DNA from: Chrysomallon squamiferum
Taxonomy: Eukaryota > Animalia > Mollusca
Reading direction: 5' to 3'
DNA: 64,000 nucleotides
Assembly: GCA_012295275.1 (NCBI GenBank)
Contig: CM022672.1
Location: 33,852,001 to 33,916,000 of the forward strand
In this document: positions 28,775-41,684 of the stretch, piece after piece
Numbering within the stretch: position 1 is the first letter of the stretch
Layout: every line of letters begins with the position of its first letter
The notes under the pieces: model-generated
The model's input: only the letters and a program-made list of their open reading frames with translations
The model's database searches: none
Told to the model about the DNA's origin: nothing
Made by a program: the position numbers and the translations under genes

Positions 28775-29801
28775 TACAACTACTATATTGCTACTATTTC
28801 TACTACTATTGGTATTATTGATATTACTTTATTATTATTATCATTATTATTAATATTGCTACTACTAATTGCTACTACTACTATTACTATTATTGATATT
28901 GCTGTTATTATTATTATTATTATTCAAATTATTGTGTAAAAAAAAATAGCTCTTTAATAATTTTATATTATTAACAAATGAACATATCTTCTTTTTTATT
29001 TTTTATTTGGAATTGTTTTTGTTATCAACTGAGATAGAAACATTAATTTCGTTCAAATAAAAAAAAAAATCTTATTAGTATTATTGCAGTAAATTTATAG
29101 ATATTACAAAAATTAATAAAATTAATAACCAGTGAATGTTTTCTATGTAGTCCTGAAATCAAGAATTAATATTTATTTGATTAATCAACAAAACAAATAG
29201 AAATCAATTCTTATAATTTATCATTATGATTTGTTTATTCAAGATTATTATGTAAACACAGCACATTTGAATATATACATATTCATGAGACCTATAATAA
29301 ACACCACATTTGAATATGATACATATTCATGAGGTAAAATAATTATGTCAAGAGCTTTCTCAGATATGTAATTATTGTTTACCAAATCTTATCTATGGAA
29401 GACCATAAGTGTCATTTAATCTTTCAGAATCAGTGCTTGGCTTTGCTTATTTAAGTAGTGATATCTTTTGCCATTTTCTAGTGGATTTCATATTTTTTTA
29501 AGGGATTCTGTATGTAAAACTTTGAATTTATAGTATAAACTAAATACTTTATAGAAAAATAATAGTTAGATTGGCAGCTATGGGCTACCATACTTAATTA
29601 AAAACCACGTTTTAATACCACATGAAATTGTTTTAATGTATTTCTCATCAGTATCTGCTTTTATAGAGCATTTATGATTTATTTTTAATAATAGTTATTA
29701 CTTTAAAATATAAATCTTTTTTTTTCTTATTAATTTAAATATTTAATATTACTGTAGAGAAATAAACAAATGCACAATAAAGAACACAAAAATACATTAG
29801 A

Positions 29802-29845
<44 letters not shown>

Positions 29846-30097
29846 TAATCAATGAATAATTAATTATGTTGAGATGACTTTGATATATTTTAATATGCCA
29901 GTGTTCTTGTTGTTTCCAAATTTAGATTCTGTTCATTAAAATATGTTCTATCATTAAAATCAGAAAATTGTTTGAACTAATTATTTTTTTAAGAATAAAT
30001 GTACTATTTTTTTATATTTTTATCAAATTTAATTTCTTTTCAACATTGTGATCAAGTAATATTTATTAAACTGTATCAGACTAATTTATCATCATCA

Positions 30098-30138
<41 letters not shown>

Positions 30139-33100
30139 TATTATTATTATTATTACCATTATTTATATTATTATTTTACAGAATAACAATTTATTTGATA
30201 ATTATTACTACATGTTTGCCACTAAAATATATTAATTACAACTGAGATCATAAAACAGTAAACAATTTATGAAGTAAATGGGACATATGTTTTTCAACTG
30301 AAATTTTAATATCTCTCTCTCTCTCTCTCTCTCACATAAATATAAATATAAATATTAATCCTGATTATTTTTGTTCTAATTTTTCAGTTAATAATCAAGG
30401 TCTACATTTATCATTATTAATGTGTTGTATAAAATTCAAGATTTCTTCATTACCTTGTCCATCATGATTATAGGCACCATTCTGCCAAATGGCTTCACTA
30501 CTTACCTCCCTTGAATGGAACAATAATAAGAATTTATATAAGCTATATTATTGATTGGCAAATCTTGGTTGATTTGACTACATAAATCTGTCCCTCAGTC
30601 ATTATTTTTATAACTTCATTATTACTGGAGAAGTGACAAATTATAAAAATTCTCCTGAAATATTATCTTGTGAAATTTGAGTTCTGTTGTGAGATAATTA
30701 AATTAGTAAGTTAAGTGTTGTTAAATAATTTTTATTTATTTATTTATTTATTTTTATATATAAATCATAAAGTTTGTCTAAAAAAAAAAAAGAGAAAATA
30801 TTGTGTTACCAATTATTAACTACAAATGTTGATTTTTTAGGTTTACATTGAAATTGTTTTGTATTTTATTTAATCAGTGTGTTCATGGATTTTGCCAATT
30901 ATTTATTTTAAATTGATTTTGACATTAAAAAAAATTTAAATTAAACAAAAATGTGCATAAACTGGATGTACATTTGTCTCAGATTATTTATTTATTTATT
31001 TATTTATTTATGTATTTTACTTATCTTATTCAGTACATGCACAAATCCATATACCTTAAAACAGAAAGTAAATTAATATTTTATTTATTTATTTTTATTT
31101 TTTTTCATTTATTTATTAAAAAGAAAAAACCCAATTTTCAAATATGTTTAAGAATTGTTTGAATATTTTTCTTTTCAATGAAGTATGCACATGGAAATGC
31201 ATTGTAAAACATGAATAATAATGCACAAAGCTTATATCAAGTCCATTTTTCTTTTCTTTTTTTAATTACATATATTTATTTATTATTTTGTTAATCTATA
31301 TTATATACAAAAAGATATTGATTAAACCACTTTACACATAAACAATTTATGGCAGTGACAAAATATTTTATACAAATTAATGTTCCTTTTATTCAGTTTG
31401 TGGAGAATCAATTAGTCAGAATTTCAGCTGTATTTTTTTTTCTTATGTAATATAACTTTATTTTTGTTTCTATTGAAGTGTTAAATATAACACTAAGTGC
31501 TATGTGTCAACTTATTTTATGTGTTCATGTTTATTAACATTAACAATGTTATTTTCTGTGTTCATGTTAACATTGTTATTTTCTGTGTTCATGTAAAACA
31601 CAGGTTTGGTGAGATGGATTTGTGTGTATATAGGACAATTTAAATTATGCAAATGACAAGTTCACTGTATTTTCATACGTTTGTTTTGTAAAAAAAAAAT
31701 AATTCATTGTGTGCTTGTGACAGAAATTTCAATAAATGTTAACATTTATGATTCAGACTGATAGTTTGTGTTTATTTTATATTTATATTTTTAGTTCTTT
31801 TTTTTTTTTTTTCCATTTTTTTTATCTGTAAACCATGAATTAAAATGATTATCCCAGAATTTGAAAAAAAAATAAGCATTTAAAATAAAAAAAATAATGA
31901 TGATGATAAATAAATGAAATAATAATAATGGTAATATGATGATATGATGATAATAATGATGATAAATGAATTCCCCCGCAATTGAATTTTCTTTATTGTA
32001 GTTGTTTTTGTTTTTGCTGGTTAATTCCTGGAAATGAATTAGACTGAGGCTTTGCTGTCATTAGAAAAGAAACTCAATAAACAAAATAAAATCAGAAAAC
32101 TTTGTCATTAAAACAAAATTCTGAAGAGCCATAACAACATGAATTTAATATGGTTTACAAAAAACAATAATAATAATAAAAATAAATTTTAAATTTTAAA
32201 AATGGTTCAAATATCTGTACACAGTTATTAAAATTAAAATATGTTCAAACCAATCCATATTAATAAAAGCCGAACATAATTTCCCAAAAGCAAAAGCAAT
32301 TATTTTTCTGTCAGGGTATTTGTAGTAATTTTGTTTCTATTTTCTTACAAACCTCAACAAAACCTTTCTTATAAATAATAATGTAATTTTAGTTCTCAGA
32401 TTCAATGATCAAAATAACAATTTTTCTTCACGTTCCAGAATATTTTTTTAATTTGTCTTTACTCCCAAGAATAACTTAGTGTAATTATTATGGTCAAGTG
32501 TAAAATCATATGATGTTAACATTTTGGTGACTTCACAGAATGGACTTGTCAGTGAAAATCACAACTTTTTTATGATTGATTTGTGATTTCTCCTGGGTTT
32601 GTTGTTTGAGAATACTCTGAAGGTGATGAAAATGGGAGAGGATATGCAGTAGATATCATTTCCCCTACTTTTTTTTTTGTTTCCAGTTTATAACTATTTT
32701 CTGGATTAGAATTATCACAAAGCAGCTTGGTCTTTGTCAAGTTTCTGTCACTTAAAATAAATATATTTATTTTCTTAATTATATTTGAATATTTGTAGCT
32801 GAGACTCATAAACAACATAATCTTATAAAGAAACAAAAATAATAATAATAATAATAATAATAATAGTAATAGTAATAATAATAAAATAAATAAATAAATA
32901 ATACTAAATAACAAATGATAATAATTATAATAAATGTAAAAAAATATGATAAAAGTTATAATAATAAAGTAATAATTGTAAATAATCAATATAATAGCAA
33001 TAATAAATAATAATACTAATAATAAAATTAATAAAACATTGCTTCTTCATTGCATTATTTACAAAATATGTATCTATAAATAAAATTCTAATGCAAAACA

Positions 33101-33386
33101 GAACATGTTGCAGGACAAATACACACAACACACACGTATAAACAGACAGTATTAATGCAGCAGACTTCCTTGAGAAGATTCAGTAACATCTGTACATTTG
33201 TCAGTTTGTCCAGATTTTATGAAATCTGGCAAATAGGGGTTTGTTAAAATTTAAAAAGTCTGTTTCAACAAGCTTGCATCTTTAGTCCATTTCTTTTGAT
33301 TGGACAGCTCGATTTACTTTTTAAATTTCAATATTAATGTACATTATTAATACTGGCTTGTTGTAATAGATTATGACTAGTTGTGG

Positions 33387-33419
<33 letters not shown>

Positions 33420-34828
33420 TGATAATAATAATATTAATAACAATAACAATAACAATAACAATAACAATAATAATAATAATAGTTATGATAGTTATAATAA
33501 TAATAATAATAATTGTAAAAAGCCATAACAGTAATAATAGTAATAACTGTGAAAAATAAATATAATACTAATAATACTCATAATACTACTAATAATAAAA
33601 TTAATAAAACATGGCTTCTTCATTGTATTATTTATAAAATCATAAAACTAAACTGTATTTTGAAAAAATATTTTAATAACAAACAATATGTATATATTTA
33701 GATCTTCGAACATTTGAAATGATGAAAAGTGCTTTCAGAACATAAAAATCAACAAATAATTTAGTAAATAAATATTTTCACAAACGAAAACAAACAATAT
33801 TCAGGTGATACTAATGAAACAAACAATGTAAATGATTATAATTAAATTTTCTTGCTCGTAAAAAGTCATTAATTATGCAAACAAACAAACAAACAAGACA
33901 AAAAATAAAAATGAGATGTAATATGATTGAGAGAAACAACAGTTTAATATTTTTTGTTGTTGTTGTTTTTTTTTCTTCTTTAGTGGTAATTTTTATATTA
34001 TCTTTGATATAAAATGATAGAAACTGTATGAATTAATGCATTTTTCATGGAATTTTTGTCAGTACAGATGGATGGATATATATAAAAATCCTCAAGTTAC
34101 TCATTTAATCACTTTCAATTTACATTGTGCTTTCTGAATTAACTAAAGTAACAAAATATTTACAACATAACCATAATATATATATATATACATACATTAA
34201 ACCTTTTTTTTAAATTGTTTTTGTTTACAACATTATTGCCAGGCACTGTATCAAGTTAAAATATGAAGTTATTCTGAAATGATTGTGAAGAAAAAAAACA
34301 CAAAATAAATAAATTGCAAACCGGGCAGTTTTAATCATTATTTACAATTCAATTTTTAATCATAGTAAAACAAACAAATGATTCAGCTGATATATGAAAT
34401 GTTTTCAAATTTAGTTGCTAAATAAATCTAACTGAATGTAGTTATTTTAATTTAAAAAAAATAATAATAATTAGTTGATAACTTTTTTAAATATCAGTTA
34501 AAAATGCCTTTAACAACTTTACAAATAAATTAGAATGCACTGAACGACCGAATTATTTTCTTAGTACACTCTTCATTTGAAGAACTGTATGTAGTTGTTA
34601 ATAATAATCCATACTTTAATGGATATATTCATCATTTCATTAATTTTACAACCGTAGATAACAAATGGATTTTTGATTCACTTACAAGTTGAATATTTTA
34701 TTACTCAGTTCATCAGCATTACTCCCTGCTTTTAATTTTAATTATATTTTATAAACTGAAATTTATTCCATTAATAAACAGAATTATCATATTATACAGC
34801 TTCCAATTTAATAATGTTTTTTTTTTTT

Positions 34829-35002
34829 ATAGTTTATAAACTGAAATTTCGTCCACTAAACCTCGAATTATTTCATTAGCCAGTCCCTGCCTTGATGATT
34901 TTGTAAAGTCCATTAATAGTTTATAAACTGAAATTTCATCCACTAAAACTCGAATTATTTCATTATCCAGTCCCTGCCTTGATGATTTTGTAAAGTCCGT
35001 TG
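34829..35002. repeat. 87 bp tandem duplication spanning the BBS2 stop codon (older decayed copies at ~34716-34800)
   Basis: 34829-34915 and 34916-35002 are near identical. ataaactgaaattt is also found at 34751. Confidence 0.9.
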
Positions 35003-37189
35003 ATATTGTCGTTTTTGATGGCCGCGCGACAGGCATTGACGACTTGCGTCTTGTACTTCCCCACCCTGAGTCTCCCAGCCTTCTGAATGATCTGATTCAC
35101 CTGCTTCAGCAGACTCAGCAGTTCCTGGTGGTTGCTGCAGCGGATCTTGTACCCTTTCATCAGGTCGCGGTTCAAGTCGTACAGCTCATTGTATCCCTTC
35201 TTCATCCCCTTCATGTCTCCCATCAGCCTGGCGTCCTCGGCCCTCACCACCATGCTTCGGATGAGGTTCGAGTGGTCAGCCATCTCTCGCGGTCAGTCTC
35301 TGCCTCACCGAATGGAAGTCGTTGACGCTGATGAGGATTTTTGACAACGTTTCCATCTCTACGGGGAAGTCTGCCGTCGACATCAAGTCGTCGATGTTGA
35401 GGAAGCTGGCGAGGGACTGGATGATGTCACCGGCAAGGTCCATGTCGTCCGTCTTGATGACGATCTGACCGGAGCTGTTCATCTGGATCACCAGCGGTCC
35501 CGTGCCTCGCAGGGACATGAAGGCGATGTTGAGCTCGCCCTCGCAGACAAGGTCCTCGAGCAGCAGGAAGCTCTGGTTGATCCACATCACCAGTCTCTGG
35601 ATGCGGTCGTTCACCTGGAACACGACGTGGCTGTGCGGGGGCTTGTAGTTGCTGTCAGTGAGGAGGTAGTACATGGAGAAGCGAGGCAGCGTCCTGCTCA
35701 GCTCGAACACGTGGAACTGCATGCTGTTCTTGTAGCCCACCAGGGACTTGATGTGAAGGTCTATGGCGATGTCCTTCGGAGGAAACAGCGCGACCGTCAC
35801 AGATGACGTCAGCTTGTCCTGGCTTGGGTGGATCACGTGACTCTCGCCCTCGAAAATTCCCTCGGCAAAAATGAGGACAGATCGGATGATCGTGTCGTTG
35901 GTCGTGGCGATGGTCAGTTGGACGTGGGGGGGCTGGGTGTTGTCGCCGCAGTTGACAGACATCGTCGTCTGCAGCTGGGTGTTGGCAGGAATCATGCCCA
36001 CCATGGAAGAGGAGTCGTACTCGCCCATGATGGAAAACTTCCCGCTCTTTGACATCCCAGCAGCCGACAGCATCCCTCCCCCCGAGTCTGAACCAGCGAG
36101 CGACGCAGCCTTGGTGTTCTCATCGTAGTTCCTCAACTCCAGCAGCAGGTTTCGCTTCCTCTGGCTCAGCTCTCTGATCATGTCCTGCTCAACGTTGGTG
36201 TTCATCAAATTTCCCTGCAGTTCCACAGGTGCTGGGTTGTAACCTCTGACCTCGCCCTCCGACGACACGCAGATCAGCTGGTTTGTGTTCCCAGAGCCGT
36301 CGTTTCTGTAATTACCTTCCACAATCCCAGAAACAGGATTAGGGAAAGTGTCCTTGAAAATGACCTCTCCCGTTCTGTCACTCCTCGCGTCGACCTTTCC
36401 GTTGCTCCACCCAGTGACAAGCTCAGGAACTCCGTCCGAATCCAAATCAAAGCTCAAGATAGACACAGCGTAGTTCTTAGATTTTATTCTCCAGTATCGT
36501 GATGTTTTGTCGTAGACTCCAACTGTTCCATTGGCCAGTGCGTATCCAAAACGACTGCTTCTCATTGGACACAGTGAAGTGATAGCCTCGGTTTCAGTTA
36601 TTTCTGCTATAATTTCATCTTCTCTGAAAACACGGATGTCAAAGTCCTCAGAACCGACAATCAGTTCGTTCTGTCCGTCCATATTGAAATCAATCATTGC
36701 TAAAGAACAAACGTTATCTCCAGTCACCGTCCAAAATGAATCGTTACCCTCCTCGTCAAAACCTTGAATAGAACAGTTACCTCCAATGATTGCAAGGGGT
36801 GTTTCTATACTCCCGAGCTGTCCAATAATTATTGCATTACATCCATCTGGGGTGTCCTTGTAAAACAGATCAGTGTTCTTTTCTACGTTATAGGCAAGCA
36901 AGTTAGTCTGGGTGCCAACCACAAGAACATCGTTTGCTGCATTTTTATCAAGTTTCCCAGCACAAACCGATGCAACCTGCTGGTTAATATTTAGTAATGA
37001 AATATCGCCTTCGGCACTGAGAGTCATTCTGCCTGTATTCTGACCTCTGTTGTAGGGGTTATGAAGAAACACTTTCCCTGCTGTAGTAGCACACGTTAAG
37101 GAAGGATGAACGCCGTCATATTTTCCTACTGTAACCATTCGAGTGTTCACTTTATGATTTAATTTCAGTGTAAAAATTGGAACCAACAT
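34963..37189 (-). CDS. BBS2: Bardet-Biedl syndrome 2 protein (BBSome subunit); intronless CDS, ~741 aa after correcting one 1-bp insertion at ~35287
   Basis: The N-terminus [35 protein letters not shown] and the motifs [55 protein letters not shown] and [17 protein letters not shown] match BBS2. So does the C-terminal VRQRLTA[E][20 protein letters not shown]...[10 protein letters not shown]. ORFs 35276-37189 and 34963-35283 join by removing one base. Confidence 0.95.
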
Positions 37190-37570
37190 GTTTTCTGTAT
37201 AATTTTTAAAATGTCAAATATAACAGAATAAGGAAATATTGATTGTACACAATTCTAGACAGCAAAGACTATGCGTTTCCAACCAAACATTTCAACCGGA
37301 TGTAAATATTTGAGACTAAAAATGCTTGACTGATTCTCTTATCGGTTTCCTTTTCTATAATAAAATAGATGCAAACTGAAAACCAGTCTACTTTATTTCG
37401 AGGCATTGATTACGTCCCTTGGAAGAATGTTTTAATAATAAAAGTTGCTGAAACGGCGTTCATTTAGGGATTTTAGCGAAATTAATTTAATTTAATTTAA
37501 TTTATTATTATTTTATTATTATTTATACAGGACTTACAATAAATATTAATGAATATTTGAGTAAGTATGA
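37190..37570. promoter_or_regulatory. Probable bidirectional promoter region shared by BBS2 and NELFB
   Basis: The genes are divergent and CpG is locally more frequent. There is an ETS-type ACCGGATGT at 37295-37303 and a weak X-box-like GTTTCCAACCAAAC at 37275-37288. A candidate NELFB 5'UTR donor |gtaagt at 37561 could pair with the acceptor at 38516. Confidence 0.55.
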
Positions 37571-38122
37571 TTAATTCCACAGAAATGTTTTTTTGTTTCT
37601 ATGAAGCCTGTTAACATTTATGTCAGTGTCGATCACTGAATCAATGTGTATTTCGCTGTTCAAATTATTTTTAATAATTGTAGCAGTGTATGTTAATGTT
37701 TCAAATACATCATATTAGAGTATATCCGGAATAGCAGAGATCTATTTTATTTTTTCATGCATTTATTTATTTCCTTGCGAGTTTATATATATATATATTT
37801 TTTTATTTATTATTATTATTTATTTACTACATTACGTTTCTGAAGAACAACACTGACCGCCAGCATTTTAGTTTGTGTAATTCAGCCTTATTAATATTAT
37901 TCGTTTTAATTATGCTGGACATTTTTTTTTTCAGCAGATTCATCTTTTTTGTCTCTAATGATCTAGCTTGTTAATAGATTAATTTAAGTTAATGTGATAG
38001 TAATCACGTTGTTATTGTAATAATCTATATAAAGCTATGACAAAATACCTAAACTAGACAAATGTTTTTAAATCGCTCTCTCTCTCTCTCTGTCTCTTAC
38101 CTGCATGCATGCACGCACACGC

Positions 38123-38155
<33 letters not shown>

Positions 38156-38337
38156 TTCAAATGTGAAATGCTAACAAGTTTTAAATAACTGTAAATTTGA
38201 TTATGTTTAATGGAATAAAATAAGAACCATTATATATTTTTAACATTTAAATTTTAAAAGATTTTTTTTTTTTAATAGCAATGTCATTATCAAGTTATTT
38301 ATTACTTTTCACTTTTTTCTTATTCATTTTTCTCTTT

Positions 38338-38368
<31 letters not shown>

Positions 38369-38537
38369 TTATTATTATTATGTGTTTTTTGGGGTGTTTT
38401 TTATATTTATTTATTTTTTTCATTTTGTTGGACAGTTTCATTCTTTTTCAGAAGTTTTGTTACAGACAGGTTTCATTCTGTGTTATTTTCTAATTTTAAT
38501 TTTTTTTTTCGTGTAGGTTGATTAGTTAAAACTGAAG

Positions 38538-39424
38538 ATGTCAGGTTTGGAGGAACTTGGTATCACGGGGGGAGAATTCCTCCAGGAAGCCCTGACAAAC
38601 TGTTCTGACCCACTGGCAGCCATCGAAGAATTCCAGAACGAAAACGGAGTTCTCTTGCCGTCGCTGAAACCAGCGCTGCCGTTCCTCGACTTGCACGGCA
38701 TCCGCAGATTTGAATTCCACGAGTCGACCCTGGAGCAGCTGCGCGACAAGCTGCTGAGTCGCATCGCGGAGCTCGCGCACAGCGGCGAAGAGAAAAACAT
38801 GACCGTCCTCGAAGACCTGCTGGAGAAATGTTTCCCTGTGGTGAAAGTGAAAACTGTGCGACCGGTGGTGATGTGCATCCTGAAGCACATCCCGAACATC
38901 AAGGAGGAGTACCTGACGCAGATCCTCGACGACAAGGAGCTGTACTCCGAGGCTGCGACTGAGGTCAAGCGTCAGATATGGCAGGACAGCCAGGCGCTGT
39001 TTGGTGACGAGGTCTCCCCGCTTCTACAGCAGTACATCACCGAGAAGGAAACATCGCTGTTCAACCACGAGAACAGCTCCATGACGTTTTTTCTTCCCTC
39101 GCCGAGGACGCGAAGGCAGGGCGAGGTCGTTCAGAAGCTGGTCAACATGATCGGGAAGAACGTCAAGCTCTACGACATGGTGCTGCAGTTTCTGAGGACG
39201 CTGTTTCTCCGCACGCGCAACGTGCACTACTGCACGCTGCGCGCGGAGTTGCTGATGGCGGTTCACGACCACGAAGTGAACGAGATCTGTTCGGTGGATC
39301 CGTGTCACAAATTCACCTGGTGCGTTGACGCGTGTATCAGAGAGAGAATCGTCAACGCAAACAGGTCGAGAGAACTTCAGGGATTTTTAGATGGAATCAA
39401 GAAAGGACAGGAGTTTGTACTGGG
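38538..39424 (+). CDS. NELFB: Negative elongation factor B (COBRA1), coding exon 1
   Basis: MSGLEELGITGGEFLQEALTNCSDPLAAIEEFQNENGVLLPSLKPALPFLDLHG and LYDMVLQFLRTLFLRTRNVHYCTLRAELLM..DPCHKFTWC match NELF-B. The acceptor is at 38515-38516, upstream of the ATG, and the donor is CTG GG|gtgaaa (phase 2). Confidence 0.95.
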
Positions 39425-40113
39425 GTGAAATTTTAAAAAAAAAACTTTATAATTTTAATTTTTTTTTGTTTATATACTGTTAAGTAGTACAAGAATTTGT
39501 ATATGAATTAGCAATATGAAAAAAACAAAGAAACAAAATATTTTAAGTAATGGAGTTTGCTTGATAAAATAATTTTTAAATCTCAGAATTTTTTAAACAT
39601 TAAGTCTATTAGTATTGTTTGGTTTTTTTATTTATTTCTACAATTCTTTTTGGTTCAAAGCTTAAATTAAACATTAAATTGATCATTCTTATACATAAAT
39701 TGTTTGATAATAATTTGAAACTACATCACTGAAAAATAATAACTGAATTTGTTTTAATATTGTTTATTTATTTATATTAATGTAAGAAAGCTTCCTAATG
39801 GAAGTTAATAGTTTTGTTAGGAGAGAATTGTTTCTTTTTATTTTTACTGAATTATATTTAATTAAGTTTTAAATTTTTAGCTGTGTTTTTTTATGTAATT
39901 ATGCAACCAATCAAACTAAATCCATTATATTTTACTAAAATTTTGTCATTTATTTATTTGAGAGCTGTTATTTATTAAACTGTAGTTCTAATCGATAATT
40001 AACCAAGTTTAAAATAACCCATCTCCAATGCCTTTAGTATGTTACATTATGGAGCTCGATCTATTATACTATATATATTATTATATATATCTTTTTATAT
40101 GTATTATTTTCAG

Positions 40114-40216
40114 AGATTTATCTATGATTCTTTGTGATCCATATGCTCTGAACACAATAGCTTTGTCTACAGTGAAGTCTCTACAGCACTGTATCAGTGT
40201 AGACAGTCTACCAAGA
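40114..40216 (+). CDS. NELFB: NELF-B coding exon 2 (DLSMILCDPYALNT...SLPR)
   Basis: ttttcag|A GAT ... AGA|gtaagt. It completes the split Gly codon and contains the conserved GDLSMILCDP. Confidence 0.92.
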
Positions 40217-40720
40217 GTAAGTACTACACTAGATTTCACACTAGGTAATAATATATATATATATAAGCTGTGATTACTCTTTCCTCAGGATTATCAGGTA
40301 TTTTATTGTTAGAATTCAGCTTTAAATTGGGCTAATGTGACTAGAAATAAATTAGTGGAGCTAAAATAAAGAAAATACATAATTAACAATTCTCAGGAAA
40401 TGACTATGTTAGGATATTTAAAATTCGACCATTGTCAGTAGAAAATCAAACTGTTGATGTGGAAAGGTTACCACTTTTTGTATGTTTAAAATTATTTTAT
40501 ATTGTGAATATTTTTTATTTTATTTTCTGATGGGTTAACTGATACAACATTTTGATTATGAGAAAAAGATAAATAATTTATCAACAAAAAAAATATAAAA
40601 TAAATACTGAATACAATAATAAGAAGAAGAATAAGAAGAACAGAAAAATTAACTAACTGGTTGATTCTTTTAGAATGATTTGTCAAGTAATTTGTCAAGC
40701 AATCTTTAAATTTCAGATCC

Positions 40721-40751
<31 letters not shown>

Positions 40752-40835
40752 ATTTTTTTAAATGTTTTTTTTTTTTTTTTTTTTAACTATATTGTTAATC
40801 AGAATTTTCAGGGTTTTTTTTTTTTTTGTTTTCAG

Positions 40836-40931
40836 GATAATCAGGAACTTCAGTTACTTGTCAGAATGTTGGCTCTAGGACTTGGTGCCTGGGACATGAT
40901 TGACAGCCAAGTTTTCAAAGAACCCAGACTT
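40836..40931 (+). CDS. NELFB: NELF-B coding exon 3 (DNQELQLLVRMLALGLGAWDMIDSQVFKEPRL)
   Basis: ttttcag|GAT ... CTT|gtaatt; 96 bp; contains the conserved AWDMIDSQVFKEP. Confidence 0.92.
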
Positions 40932-40951
40932 GTAATTTTCACTTCTTCTTT

Positions 40952-41098
40952 AATAGCTTACTCAGTTAAAAAGCTTACTCAGTTAAAATAGCTTAGATAA
41001 AAATAGATTAGTCAGTCAAAAATCAGTTAAAATAGCTTAAACTAAAGTCAAAAATTAAAAATAGATTAGTCAGTTAACAATAGCTTACTGAGTTAAGA
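40952..41098. repeat. ~18 bp minisatellite (aatagcttactcagttaa) just downstream of the NELFB exon 3 donor
   Basis: About 8 degenerate copies are visible. Confidence 0.7.
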
Positions 41099-41462
41099 AT
41101 GGGTCTAAGGATAATTTTAAATACTATATATACAAAGAGCAGAGTTCTTAAATTATTGTTGTTTTTTTTTTTTTTATTTTACATTTTAGTATTTCAAATG
41201 GGATTTAGCTGTAGATGAGATTGAATACTAGGCAGACATATGCAGTAATTGATAGTATTAACCTGGGAAGGAATGGGCCTATCGATTATGTATCTCATGT
41301 TATTACTGCAAAATATTTTATAAACACACACATGTAGAGTTCTAATGATCAGAGCCACACACACGCACACACACACTCACACACACACACACACACATTT
41401 GCACCTTATAATTAACAAGCATTTAACTTGTGGCCAGTTCTGACTGATCATTCTTTTTTCAG

Positions 41463-41684
41463 GACATCACCCTGTTTACAAAGTTCATGCCCGACATTGT
41501 TGGGATGATGGTGGATGATCAGATCCGAGGGGTGAAGGTCAAACTGGACGAGCCAGCCTCAGGATTTCGACTTCCATCGGAGCTGTACGCGACGCACATC
41601 AAAAACAGCTCCATAGCCTCTGTGTTTGCCATGTACTACACACTACAGGTGTCTCGCAACAAAGACAAGATGGCCATTTTACAG
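41463..41684 (+). CDS. NELFB: NELF-B coding exon 4 (DITLFTKFMPDIVG...KMAILQ)
   Basis: cttttttcag|GAC ... CAG|gtaaac; 222 bp, phase 0-0. Confidence 0.9.

Noticed and set aside
34827-35036. 69 aa ORF with an internally repeated peptide
   Set aside because: It is an alternate-frame reading of the 87 bp duplication at the BBS2 3' end.
35044-36994. Plus-strand ORFs inside BBS2
   Set aside because: Antisense shadows of a GC-rich CDS.
38517-38537. CUG-initiated N-terminal extension of NELF-B as described in mammals
   Set aside because: There is an in-frame TAG at 38523-38525, and the CTG at 38532 would add only two residues.
38522-39308. Minus-strand ORFs inside NELFB exon 1
   Set aside because: Antisense shadows.
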